Source of the DNA: Myxococcota bacterium
Lineage (GTDB): Bacteria; Myxococcota; Myxococcia; Myxococcales; Myxococcaceae
DNA length: 34,228 nt
Direction of reading: 5' to 3'
NCBI GenBank assembly: GCA_049322255.1
Contig: JBMORE010000019.1
Coordinates: forward strand, 1 to 34,228
The notes under the pieces are model-generated. The model saw only the letters and a list, made by a program, of their open reading frames with translations. It had not been told where the DNA came from and did not search any database. This document shows, piece by piece, positions 17,010 through 26,184 of this stretch (its first letter is position 1; every line of letters starts with the position of its first letter). The translations under genes were made by a program, and so were the position numbers.

Positions 17010-18488
17010 TTAGCGCCTCAAGTCCTCCCGCACGGTGACCGACCTGCCGGCCTCGACCTGAACGGAAATCGTTCTGTCCACGCCCAGCTCGCGGTTGACC
17101 AGGCGCATCGTGTGCGGTCCGGCGGAAAGCGCGAGCGGCGCATCGAGCGGCGTCATCCCCACCCGCTTTCCGTCGACGAACACCTCGGCCCACGGCGCTA
17201 TCAACACCTTCACCTCTCCCGAAAGCACCCTCCGGTTCCGCTCTGGCCGCATCTTCGGGTGGGCCGCCTTCGGTGAATGGGGCTGGGAGGGGGAGGCCGG
17301 CGGCGGAACGAGCGCGGTCGGCGGTGGGGGCGGCGCAGGAGCTGGCTCGACGACCTCGAGCCGTGGTTCTTCTTCACCTGCGCGAGCCCACCACCAGGCT
17401 CCTGCTCCAAGGCAGCCGGCCACCGCCACCGCCGTCGCCACTTGCCAGCGAACGCTTCGCCGCACCACCACTTGTTCGGTCTTGGCCTCGGGTCTGGCCA
17501 GCGGCTGGGTGCCTCTCTTCACGGGGGCCGTTGCCGATGCGCCATTGCCCTGTTCGAGGGCAACATCGGCCAGCGTCGTTTTGAGCCAGCTCTCGGTCAC
17601 CGGCTCGGTGGTTCGAAAGGGGGCAAGCGCGTGCAGCATCGCATCCGCCGATTGGAACCGTTCCTCCCGTTGCCCAGCGAGGGCCTGTTGCAACAGCCCC
17701 TCGAGCGCTTCGGGCGCCTCGGGCCTCGTCGAGCGAAGAGACGGCGCGTTCCCTTCCAAAATCCGTTCGAGAATCTCCGCGGGCGACCTCCCCGTGAAAG
17801 GCGGAGCACCGGCGAGGAGCTCGTGGAGCACGGCGCCGGTGGCATAGAGGTCGGCGCGGGGATCGAGAGGCTCCCCGCGAATCTGCTCGGGCGGGGCGTA
17901 ACCCCAGGTGCCTTTGGCGTGGCGTGTGAGGGCGAAGGAGGCGTCGAGGGCCTTGGAGATGCCGAAGTCCACCAGCTTGACCACCCCCGACCGGGTGAGC
18001 AGGACATTTTCGGGGTTCACGTCGAGGTGGACAATCGGGCGCGGCTGCCGGTCTTCCGAAGTGGCCAGGTGCGCGGCCCGGAGCCCCGCCAAGAGCTGGC
18101 AGATGATGTCCACCGCCACCTGGAGGGGAATCTGGCGGGCGTGCGATTGGAGCAGTCGCCTCAGCCGGCCCAGGGAGAGGCCGTCGACGTACTCCATGGC
18201 CATGAAATAGGTCCTCTCGTCTTGGGCGAGCTCGAACACCTGGGCGACGTTCGGGTGGCTCAGCAGCGCGACCAGCTTCGCTTCTCCCGTGAAGCGTTCG
18301 ACGAAGCCGGCGTCCTCGCTCAGATGCGCCCGGAGCACCTTGAGAGCGACTTCTTTCCGAAACCCGCTCGGCCCGTCGCGATGCGCCAAATAGACGTCAC
18401 CCGAAGCCCCGGCGCCGAGGACCCGGATGATGCGGTACGGACCCAGCTGGCGCGCGTCCCCGCCATTTTTCGTTGGGCGCTCTGTCAC
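17010..18488 (-). CDS. Hanks-type Ser/Thr protein kinase with TM segment and C-terminal PEGA-like domain
   Basis: LGAGASG, VALK, HLDVNPEN, KLVDFG, DLYATG, TM segment, Pro-rich linker, PWAEVFVDG..GMTPL..LSAGPH. Confidence 0.95.
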   Translation of the reverse strand: MTERPTKNGGDARQLGPYRIIRVLGAGASGDVYLAHRDGPSGFRKEVALKVLRAHLSEDAGFVERFTGEAKLVALLSHPNVAQVFELAQDERTYFMAMEYVDGLSLGRLRRLLQSHARQIPLQVAVDIICQLLAGLRAAHLATSEDRQPRPIVHLDVNPENVLLTRSGVVKLVDFGISKALDASFALTRHAKGTWGYAPPEQIRGEPLDPRADLYATGAVLHELLAGAPPFTGRSPAEILERILEGNAPSLRSTRPEAPEALEGLLQQALAGQREERFQSADAMLHALAPFRTTEPVTESWLKTTLADVALEQGNGASATAPVKRGTQPLARPEAKTEQVVVRRSVRWQVATAVAVAGCLGAGAWWWARAGEEEPRLEVVEPAPAPPPPPTALVPPPASPSQPHSPKAAHPKMRPERNRRVLSGEVKVLIAPWAEVFVDGKRVGMTPLDAPLALSAGPHTMRLVNRELGVDRTISVQVEAGRSVTVREDLRR

Positions 18489-19786
18489 TCCTCCAAGCGT
18501 ACCCCGTACTTCGCCGCCAGACGCTGCACGTGGTTACGGTTGATACCCGAGCGACGGGCCGCCTCGGAGAGGTTGCCCTCCGAGGCCTCGAGCAGCTTGG
18601 CGATGTACTCCCGCGCGAAGACGTCGACCAGCCGCTCCTTCGCCTCCTTGAAGGGCAGAAGCTTCTGCTCGGTTTCCACCCACTCTGAGCGGGAGTCGAA
18701 GCCCACGCCGGTCACCACCCGCTCGATGACGTTGCGAAGCTCGCGCACATTCCCCGGCCAGCCGTAGCTGCACAACTTTCCCAAAAGCTCCGCCGACAGC
18801 TCGAGGTCGGCCCGCCCAGCCTGGCGGAGAAACTCCCTGGCGAGCGGGGGAATGTCGTCGGGCCGCTCACGCAGGGGTGGCACTCGGGCCAACACCACCG
18901 CCAACCGGAAGAACAAATCTTTGCGAAAGCGCCCCGCACCGACCTCGGCGCTCAGATTCCGGTGTGTGGCGGCGACGACCCGCACGTCGACTTGGCGGGG
19001 GCGATCCTCTCCCACCTTACGCACGGCGCTGGCATCGAGCACCCGGAGCAACTTCCCCTGCACCTCGAGAGGAAGCTCGCCGATTTCATCGAGAAAGATG
19101 GTTCCTCCGTCGGCTTGAAGGAAGGCGCCTTCGCGATCGCTCACCGCTCCGGTGAAGGCACCCCGGACATGACCAAAGAGCTCACTCTCCGCGAGAGAGG
19201 ACACCAGGGAAGAGCAGTCGACGACCACGAAGGGATGTTGGCACCTGGGAGACCGGTCATGGATGGCCCGGGCAATGACTTCTTTCCCGGTTCCGGTCTC
19301 GCCCCAGAGGAGCACGGTGGAATCGGTCGGGGCGATCTGATTCAGCAACCCGAAGAGCCCCCGCATCTGCGCGCTCTTACCGATTGCCTGCCCGAAGCTG
19401 GGTTGGGCGTCTGGCCGTCCCAGGTCCTGCTCCTCGCACGACAACTCGAGCCAGGTGGTTCCCAGCTCGAGCCGGCCGCTCTCCAGCACCGCTTCCCGGA
19501 TTCGAGCCCCCGCGAGGAAGGTTCCGTTGGTCGAGTCGAGGTCGCGAACCCGAACTCCATCGCTGCGCGCCGCCAGCTCGAGGTGAAAACCCGAGACGGT
19601 GTTGTCCTGAAGCTGGAGGGTCGCCTGCGGGTGCGTTCCCACTGTGGCGGTTCCGGTGAGGGTGAGTGTTTTGCCCGTGTCCGGCCCCGAGAGAACGCGT
19701 ACGTGAAACGACCGAGCACGTAAGGTGTTGGTGGTCGCGTCGAACCGGAGCAGCTGGCTCCGCTCGCGCAGCGGGGTGGTCGCCAT
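18485..19786 (-). CDS. Sigma54-dependent enhancer-binding protein with N-terminal FHA domain
   Basis: FHA ([13 protein letters not shown]), Walker [39 protein letters not shown], Fis-type HTH ([14 protein letters not shown]). Confidence 0.96.
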   Translation of the reverse strand: MATTPLRERSQLLRFDATTNTLRARSFHVRVLSGPDTGKTLTLTGTATVGTHPQATLQLQDNTVSGFHLELAARSDGVRVRDLDSTNGTFLAGARIREAVLESGRLELGTTWLELSCEEQDLGRPDAQPSFGQAIGKSAQMRGLFGLLNQIAPTDSTVLLWGETGTGKEVIARAIHDRSPRCQHPFVVVDCSSLVSSLAESELFGHVRGAFTGAVSDREGAFLQADGGTIFLDEIGELPLEVQGKLLRVLDASAVRKVGEDRPRQVDVRVVAATHRNLSAEVGAGRFRKDLFFRLAVVLARVPPLRERPDDIPPLAREFLRQAGRADLELSAELLGKLCSYGWPGNVRELRNVIERVVTGVGFDSRSEWVETEQKLLPFKEAKERLVDVFAREYIAKLLEASEGNLSEAARRSGINRNHVQRLAAKYGVRLEE

Positions 19787-19793
19787 CAGGCCC

Positions 19794-20543
19794 TCACCGA
19801 GAGCTCCAAAGGAGGTAAGCGGCGACTCCGGTGAAGAGGAGAGAGCCGGTGAAGGCGAGGTTTGCCTTCAAGGCGTCACCCTGCGCAGCCGAGGCGTTCT
19901 GGTGGGCGGTGAAAGTGTAGGTCGCCTGGTTGGCCAGCCGCTCATGCTCCTTGGCCGACGCCCCGAAGAAGACGCCGCCTCCGGCCAGCGCGGCCGCCGC
20001 TCCTCCCATCACCCACGGAAGCACGCGAGGGTACGGCGGTGAAGGCTTTTCCTCCGGAGGAGACGGGTTGACGAGTGCATTCGCCAGGGTTTGGTTGCTT
20101 TGAGACGCCGGCGCCTCGGGAGGAGACGCTTCAGATGGAAGGGCTTTGACCACCTCGGCAAAGACGGCGTGAATTTTGGGGCTGGTCATCGGCGGCAGCT
20201 GCACCTGGCGGTCGAGCTGCAGGGCGAGGCCGAAGTACCTCTCCGCCTCGGTGCGGTGCCCCAAGTTGAAATGACAAAGGCCCCGGTACAGCTCGATTTC
20301 GGCGAGGACCTCGAAGCTGGCCGATTCGCGCCCCGCTTGCTCGAGCCGTTCGAGGCAGCGGTCGAACTCGAGCCCGTCGTAATACACTTTCGCCTGCTGG
20401 AGCCACGGTTCACCGGCTGCGACCGGAGCGTCGGCGCCGAACGCCGCGCCGCCAGCGACCATCAGGCCAACCGCCAGAACCCGGGTGAGATGAACCAGGA
20501 GCAACCTCGAGCGCAGGAGAACCTCCGCAATTCTAGCCAGCAA
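19794..20543 (-). CDS. Exported TPR-like protein with C-terminal membrane segments (start uncertain)
   Basis: AKVYYDGLEFDRC...ELYRGLCHFNLG...FGLALQLD helical repeats, Pro-rich linker, two hydrophobic C-terminal segments. The true start may be downstream of 20543. Confidence 0.8.
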   Translation of the reverse strand: MLARIAEVLLRSRLLLVHLTRVLAVGLMVAGGAAFGADAPVAAGEPWLQQAKVYYDGLEFDRCLERLEQAGRESASFEVLAEIELYRGLCHFNLGHRTEAERYFGLALQLDRQVQLPPMTSPKIHAVFAEVVKALPSEASPPEAPASQSNQTLANALVNPSPPEEKPSPPYPRVLPWVMGGAAAALAGGGVFFGASAKEHERLANQATYTFTAHQNASAAQGDALKANLAFTGSLLFTGVAAYLLWSSR

Positions 20544-20582
20544 CGGCGCGGGCCGGCCACAAGAGGCGACCCTCGATCCGCC

Positions 20583-22028
20583 TCACACCAAGACCTCGGA
20601 GATAGGGTTGGTCACCTCGTAGTTCGCGGTTACGCCGCCGCCGGCTCCGGTCACGGGTGTCGACGGCATTCCCAGCTTCGGCAGAGCAACGCCGACGGCG
20701 TGCGCGGCGGTCAAGAGCACCCGGCCTCCTTCGTTGTTGCTTCGATCTCCTCGATTCGAGTGGTAGTTCCCCTTCAGCCGCCCGCCGGCTTTCCCGATGA
20801 ACAGGTAGGGGTGGTAGTCATGGTAGTGCACCGGGCCGCACTCGCTGGTGGCGACCATGAGCAGCTGGTCCAGCAGCGTGCCCGAGCCCTCGGGGATTTC
20901 TTTGAGCTTGCCCACCAGGTACGCCAGGTTCTGCATGACGAACTGGCAATAGCGGCGCATGTCGGGGGTGTCGGCGTGCGAGTAGGCGTCGTGCACCCCT
21001 TCGCCGCTGCTCAGCCCAATCTCCGGGATGGTGCCGCTGCACTGCGTGGGAGTGAGCTCGAAGCAGAACAGCCGCGTGAGGTTGCAGGACAGCGCGTAGA
21101 CCAAGAGGTCTGCCATCACCTTGTTTCGAAGCGTGAGCTGTTCTGCCGACGCGTACGCTTGGGGGACGGGAGCGGAGCTGCACTGGCTGGCCACAGGCAC
21201 CCCTCCGTCTACCTGGGCGAGGGCCGCCACCCGGCCCTCCATCTCGCGCACGCTGTCGAGGTGGGCTTGCAGCCGGAGCTGATCCGCCTTTCCCAAGCTC
21301 TTGGAGAAGGCGCTCAGCTCGGGGGCGACGACGTCGAGCACGCTCTTTCGGAAGCGGTTGGTCACCACCGAAGCAGAGGGCGCTCCCGACGGTTCGGGCG
21401 GAGGAGCGCCCGCCAGCGGAGCGAAGACCATGTTGTAGAGGTCGACCGGCGATTTGTAGAAGGAGCGAAAGCTTCCTCCCCGGTTCCAGGAGCTCGAGCT
21501 CTCGTACAGGTTGCCGACGCGGAGAGACAGATTCAAAAAAGAGTGCGGGGTGTTGAGGGTTGCGGCCCAGCTCTCGTGAATGAGCGCATCGATGCTCGGG
21601 TGAGGCATGCTCTGGTTTCGAAAGCCGCTCGCGCCGGAGTCGAGGACGTACTCCGGGTTGTGTGAGGCGGAGAGCGACAAGCCCCGGGAGGGGATGTGCG
21701 CTGCCGAGCCTGCCGCCGTGTAGGAGTAGTTGGTGAAGACCGTGAGGTGCTCCTTGAAGGCGGCCAGGTGGCTCAGGCCGGCGGGCACCGACCAGGCAGC
21801 CCCCGCACCGCTTCCCGTGGGAAGGAAATCGTCGTTCGCTCCGCCGATGGCCGGCCACCCCAGCCCCCAGAACCAGGTCCCGAAACGCAGCGGGAGGGGA
21901 GCTCCCTGTGCATAGGCGGTGCCGTTTCCGTTGAGGAAGCAGTCGAGCGTCGGCAGGCCCAAGGCGACAGTGAGCCCTCCGAGGCTGCCCTTGAGGAAGC
22001 TGCGTCTGGCGAGTTTTCGCATGGTCAT
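20583..22028 (-). CDS. DUF1552 (HXXSHH family) protein with Tat signal
   Basis: ARRSFLKG...LGLPTLD, PSIDALI, SVLDVV...LGKADQLRLQAHLDSVREME, ALSCNLTR, EGSGTLLD, GKAGGRLKG. Confidence 0.92.
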   Translation of the reverse strand: MTMRKLARRSFLKGSLGGLTVALGLPTLDCFLNGNGTAYAQGAPLPLRFGTWFWGLGWPAIGGANDDFLPTGSGAGAAWSVPAGLSHLAAFKEHLTVFTNYSYTAAGSAAHIPSRGLSLSASHNPEYVLDSGASGFRNQSMPHPSIDALIHESWAATLNTPHSFLNLSLRVGNLYESSSSWNRGGSFRSFYKSPVDLYNMVFAPLAGAPPPEPSGAPSASVVTNRFRKSVLDVVAPELSAFSKSLGKADQLRLQAHLDSVREMEGRVAALAQVDGGVPVASQCSSAPVPQAYASAEQLTLRNKVMADLLVYALSCNLTRLFCFELTPTQCSGTIPEIGLSSGEGVHDAYSHADTPDMRRYCQFVMQNLAYLVGKLKEIPEGSGTLLDQLLMVATSECGPVHYHDYHPYLFIGKAGGRLKGNYHSNRGDRSNNEGGRVLLTAAHAVGVALPKLGMPSTPVTGAGGGVTANYEVTNPISEVLV

Positions 22029-23638
22029 GGCGTCTGCTCGTTGTTGGGGTTGGGGGCGATGAACCGGAAGGAGTCGTGGAGCACGATGGCTCGAACCAGC
22101 TGATCGAAGTCGAAGCGGCGCTCTGCGCTGACACCGTGCGCCGCCAACAAGTCGATGCTCGGGTCGGCGACCTGAGCTCCGGTTCCGTAGGTGCGCACTT
22201 TGCGGAAGAAGCAGGCGGCGAGCCGGTCCTCTTTCTCGAGCAGCACCGTGGCGAGCTGCGGCAGGCTCTCCACCGTCTTTCCGTCGATGGTCGAACGCGC
22301 CTCCACCGGGGCTCCGTCACGGACGGTGGCGTAGCGCCCGAAGGCGTCGAAGCTCTCGTACACCAGACCATAGGGGTCGAACTGCCCGTGGCAGCTGCCA
22401 CAAGGCTGTGTGCCGCCGATTTTTTGGACGCGCTCTGCCACGGTGTCCGAGTCGGAGAGCTCAATCCCGCTGTTCTGAATGAGATCGTTGAGGTTGGCGG
22501 GGGCGTAGATGGTTCGACACAGCAGATGATTGAGGATGAACAGGCCCCGGTGAATGGTCGAGGTGTACTTGCCCCCCGAGTGGGCGACCATCATCGCCCC
22601 GTTGGCCAACAACCCGCTCCGCGCCGGCAGAATCGGCTCCTCTCGCCAGGTCGAGTCATCGGGCGGAGCGGGGAAAATTCCGTAATGCTCCGCAAGCGAC
22701 TTGTTCACCACGGTGCGATCGAATCGGAAGAGCCCTCGCCAGTCGCCGGTTCGGTGAACGGCCGCGGCGGTGCGCTTGAACTCCTGGGTGAAGCTGTTCT
22801 GGAGCGCCTGAAGCTCGTTAGGGAAGTACCCGGCAGTGAGCGACTCGTCGAGGTGGTTCACCCGCCAGATTTCTGACAAGGCATCGGCGAAGAGCTCCTC
22901 TCTGAGCACGGAGTCGACGAGCAGCCGGTCCACCTGCTGGGCGAGGCCCTCGGGGGTCGAGAGCGCACCCGATTCGGCGGCGTCGATGAGCTCGAGATCG
23001 GGGTTACCTCCGAGGAGAAAGAAACCCACCCGGCTCGCGAGCTCCATGTCGGTCAACCGCCCGCCGACGCCGTAGAGCTTCTGGTAGAGAAAGTGAGGGG
23101 AGTTGAGCAGGGCGACCAGTGCGTAGCGCGCTCCCTGGAGAAGCTCCGTCGGCCCTTGCGATGCGGCAATCGCCTTGTAGCCCTCCACCTCGGCGGCGGT
23201 GAGCGTTCGGCGGAAGAGTTTCTTGCCCACGGCCGCGATGGTCGCGCCCAGGCAGGCGTCGTCCATTTGGGCGATGTCGCAAACGAAGAGCTTGTCCGAG
23301 TGGTCGAGGACCAGCTTCTCCGTCGCGGAGAAGTAGCCCTGGAAGTCGATCATCGAATGGGCCGCGGCCAGCCGGTTGGACTCGTACATCCCCAGCGAAG
23401 GCTCGTCGTAACGCAGCTCCACCTGCTCGATGCCGAAGCTTCGAAGGAGTGTTCGGCGGAGGTGTTTCTGGGTGAGGAGGTAGGTCTGCGCGGGCGCCGC
23501 GGGCGCGCTGAGAAAGGAGGCTTCCGGTGTCTGCCCAGAAACGCCAGCACCCAGCTCGCCGATGATTCCCTCGCATCCACCCAGGACGGCGAGGAGCGGC
23601 CACAGAGGCCAGCTGCGTGAGGGGGAGCGCTTGCTCAT
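22025..23638 (-). CDS. DUF1592/DUF1588/DUF1595-type lipoprotein with one CXXCH motif
   Basis: ATG at 23638 follows GGAGG. Lipobox LGGC, LFRRTLT, LLNSPHFLY, ELASRVGFFL..PDLEL, RSGLL, STIHRGLFI, CGSCHGQFDPYG. Confidence 0.92.
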   Translation of the reverse strand: MSKRSPSRSWPLWPLLAVLGGCEGIIGELGAGVSGQTPEASFLSAPAAPAQTYLLTQKHLRRTLLRSFGIEQVELRYDEPSLGMYESNRLAAAHSMIDFQGYFSATEKLVLDHSDKLFVCDIAQMDDACLGATIAAVGKKLFRRTLTAAEVEGYKAIAASQGPTELLQGARYALVALLNSPHFLYQKLYGVGGRLTDMELASRVGFFLLGGNPDLELIDAAESGALSTPEGLAQQVDRLLVDSVLREELFADALSEIWRVNHLDESLTAGYFPNELQALQNSFTQEFKRTAAAVHRTGDWRGLFRFDRTVVNKSLAEHYGIFPAPPDDSTWREEPILPARSGLLANGAMMVAHSGGKYTSTIHRGLFILNHLLCRTIYAPANLNDLIQNSGIELSDSDTVAERVQKIGGTQPCGSCHGQFDPYGLVYESFDAFGRYATVRDGAPVEARSTIDGKTVESLPQLATVLLEKEDRLAACFFRKVRTYGTGAQVADPSIDLLAAHGVSAERRFDFDQLVRAIVLHDSFRFIAPNPNNEQTP

Positions 23639-23687
23639 GGTTCCTCCGAGCTTCGGGGGCCGACCACGCACCCCGTGAGGGCGACAG

Positions 23688-23704
23688 AGCAAGGCGAAGA
23701 CCAG
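23688..23704 (-). promoter_or_regulatory. Candidate sigma54 (-24/-12) promoter of the DUF1592-DUF1552 cluster
   Basis: Minus strand reads CTGGTCTTCGCCTTGCT, i.e. TGG-N8-TTGCT with canonical GG-N10-GC spacing, 49 nt upstream of ATG 23638. Confidence 0.55.
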
Positions 23705-23827
23705 CTCGAAGCGCTCGGAAACACCTGGAATGATTGACGTCGACCGGGACCAAGGCGCGAAGTGGTGGCCCTCCCCCACAGCCCGCTGCGATGTGGGCGT
23801 GGCAGGCGGAGACACGCCGCCGCGCCT

Positions 23828-24247
23828 TCAACTCCCCAGGTAGTGCAGCACCACTTTGCGCAAGTAAGGCGCGGTGCGGTGCTCGAAGACATACAGGCCT
23901 TGCCAGGTGCCCAGTGCCATTTTTCCGCGCAGCACCGGAATGGAGAGCTGCGTCTGGGTGAGGGCGGCGCGAACGTGGGCGGGCATGTCGTCGGGCCCTT
24001 CGGCATCGTGGAGGAAAAGCGAATCGCCGTCCTTCACCAGCCGGGAGAAGAAGCGGTCCAAGTCGGCCTGCACCGCGGGGTCGGCGTTCTCCTGCACGAG
24101 CAAGCTCGCCGAGGTGTGCTGAATGAAAAGCGTGAGCAACCCCTCGGCGGCGCCCACCGCCTCGAGCCAGCGCGCCACCTCGTGGGTGACGACGTGCATG
24201 CCCCGGCCGCGGGTATGCACCTCCAGGGTGTGGTGAGCCTGCCGCAT
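23828..24247 (-). CDS. yjbQ: YjbQ/UPF0047 family protein
   Basis: HTSASLLVQENADPAV, HDAEGPDDMPAHVRAAL, LGTWQGLYVFEHR. Confidence 0.95.
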   Translation of the reverse strand: MRQAHHTLEVHTRGRGMHVVTHEVARWLEAVGAAEGLLTLFIQHTSASLLVQENADPAVQADLDRFFSRLVKDGDSLFLHDAEGPDDMPAHVRAALTQTQLSIPVLRGKMALGTWQGLYVFEHRTAPYLRKVVLHYLGS

Positions 24248-24276
24248 CGAGGGCCCACCCTACTCCAACGCCGCCG

Positions 24277-24903
24277 TCAGAACGTCGCGCCCATCCGCAC
24301 GGCGCCGTCCCAGCGGGTGCCGTTGCGCGCGTCCTGGGCGAGTACCACCCCTTGCGCTACCTCGAGGGCGAAGGCGTTGGAGAAGAGCACGTTGAAAGAA
24401 AAGCGCGCGTCGGCGGTGAAGCTCTTCCACCGGTAACGCACCCCGCCCCCCAGCGGCACGTAGCCTACGGTGTCGTCCTGGAAGCCGAGGATGGGGTTGA
24501 GCACCTCGTAGCTTTCAAAGCCGATGCCGGCCAGCGCATAGGGCTGGACGGGCTGGTCGGTCAGCCCCACGTTCAAGGCAGCGTGCCCGCCGTTGCGCAC
24601 CACGTCCGCCCCTCCACCGGCGCCGCCCGAAATGTTGGTCTTCAGGTCGAATTCATGCACCGCGCCGGTGTAAGCCAACTCCGCCCCCAGGTAGGAAAAA
24701 GGAAAAATGCCCACCGTGGCGCCCCAGGCGAAGCCGGGCTCGAGCTCGCTGGCCATGCTTCCGGTGAAACCCTCCACGCCGCCGCCAGCGAGCACGGTCA
24801 AGTCGAGCAGCCGCGAGGGCCGCTCCTTCTCCTGGTACGTCACCGGAGCCTGGGCGAGGGCGCTGGTGCTTGCCAACAGCAGCGCTGCAAAGAGGCGTCT
24901 CAT
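24277..24903 (-). CDS. Small outer-membrane beta-barrel protein (OmpA/OmpW-like)
   Basis: ATG at 24903 follows GGAGGAG. Signal peptide (ASTSALA-Q), GGGVEGFTG, AELAYTG, VQPYALAGIG, VPLGGGVRY, C-terminal Phe. Confidence 0.85.
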   Translation of the reverse strand: MRRLFAALLLASTSALAQAPVTYQEKERPSRLLDLTVLAGGGVEGFTGSMASELEPGFAWGATVGIFPFSYLGAELAYTGAVHEFDLKTNISGGAGGGADVVRNGGHAALNVGLTDQPVQPYALAGIGFESYEVLNPILGFQDDTVGYVPLGGGVRYRWKSFTADARFSFNVLFSNAFALEVAQGVVLAQDARNGTRWDGAVRMGATF

Positions 24904-25004
24904 GTTCTGCTCCTCCTTGCCGCCAAGGTTTCTTCTGCGCCGCGCGGGGTGCAACTTCGCCGCTCCTTCAAAGAGAGCAGCCAAGGAGACGCCCGGCAGT
25001 CTGG

Positions 25005-26093
25005 TCAGGGCTTGGGCTTGGCCACGGTGCGCTCGGGAAAGTAGTGGGCGAGGATTCGCCGGTAATCGAGGCCCTGGTGCGCCATGGCCAGCGCGCCGTG
25101 CTGGCACAGCCCCACCCCGTGGCCCAAGCCGTGGCCTTGAAACTGAACCACGCCCTCGACCTCCTCCGCCGAGACCTTCATCCCCTTGAGGGTGTGGTAG
25201 CCGAAGGCCCTCCCGATGCGCGCGAGAAAGTCGACGCCGGAAAAGCGCGTGCCGAAGGAGCGCACCTCCACCGCCCGGCCTGCCCGGTCGCGGCGCAGCA
25301 CCTCGAAGGCCGCGCCCTGGCTCTTCAAGCCCAGGGCCCGGGCGAGCGAGGGCCGGTCCATGCGCCACTGCCAGCGAAAATCAGGCGCAGCGGCACACCA
25401 CGGCCCGCGCGCCGTGGTGTCGTTGACTCCGCCCACCGCCCCTTCTTCAGCGAAGACGTCGGCGGCGGCGCTGGTGTGCCCTCCACAGCTGGAGTGAAAG
25501 TACGCCGCCCGCAGCACCACTCCTCCCACGTAGAGCACCTCGCCCGCGGTCGTCTTCACCGCTTGGTCGACGTCGGGGCGCTCCTTTTCCCGGCCCAGAT
25601 AGAGCTGGCAGTGGGCGAGGTCGCACACGTCGTACCCGTACAGCTCGTGGCGACCGCGCGAAGCGAGGGCGAAGGTGCGCGACACCACCGCCTGGGCGGC
25701 CAGCGCCGCGGGAGGACCGGCCAGCTCGGCGCCCACCACGCCGCGCAGGTACTCCTCCACCTCGACCTCGTTGAGAAAGGTGAGCCCTCCACCGGCGGCG
25801 GCGACCCGAAGACGGCCGCGAAAGACGCGCGTCAGCCGCTCGGTGCGCACGGTGGCCTCGGTCGTCCACAGCTCCTGGCAGCGAAAGGCCTCGTTCACCT
25901 CCACCTCCGTGCCCATCGCCCGCAAGGCGAGCTCGCCGCCGCCTGTCATCGCGACGCCGTCGCAGGCCACCTTTGCGCTCACCTTCAGGCGCGCCACGTC
26001 CAGGCGCTCCTTCTCCAGCACGCGCACTCGCAGCGGCGCAGCGAACGCGAGCGCTCCCCACAGCGCGGCGGCAAAACAGACAGCACGGTCCAT
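25005..26093 (-). CDS. SpoIID/LytB domain lytic transglycosylase
   Basis: ATG at 26093 follows AAGGAGG. EEYLRGVVGAE, ALAAQAVVSRTFA, YDVCDLAHCQLY, YFHSSCGGHT, GHGLGHGVGLCQHGA, ILAHYFP. Confidence 0.94.
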   Translation of the reverse strand: MDRAVCFAAALWGALAFAAPLRVRVLEKERLDVARLKVSAKVACDGVAMTGGGELALRAMGTEVEVNEAFRCQELWTTEATVRTERLTRVFRGRLRVAAAGGGLTFLNEVEVEEYLRGVVGAELAGPPAALAAQAVVSRTFALASRGRHELYGYDVCDLAHCQLYLGREKERPDVDQAVKTTAGEVLYVGGVVLRAAYFHSSCGGHTSAAADVFAEEGAVGGVNDTTARGPWCAAAPDFRWQWRMDRPSLARALGLKSQGAAFEVLRRDRAGRAVEVRSFGTRFSGVDFLARIGRAFGYHTLKGMKVSAEEVEGVVQFQGHGLGHGVGLCQHGALAMAHQGLDYRRILAHYFPERTVAKPKP

Positions 26094-26184
26094 GCCTCCT
26101 TCTCTACTACGAGCTCTCCCGTCCGCGCCCGGTCGGCCTGCCGCCTGGCGCCCCACCGTCCAAGCGGCGTACAGTCGCCGCACG

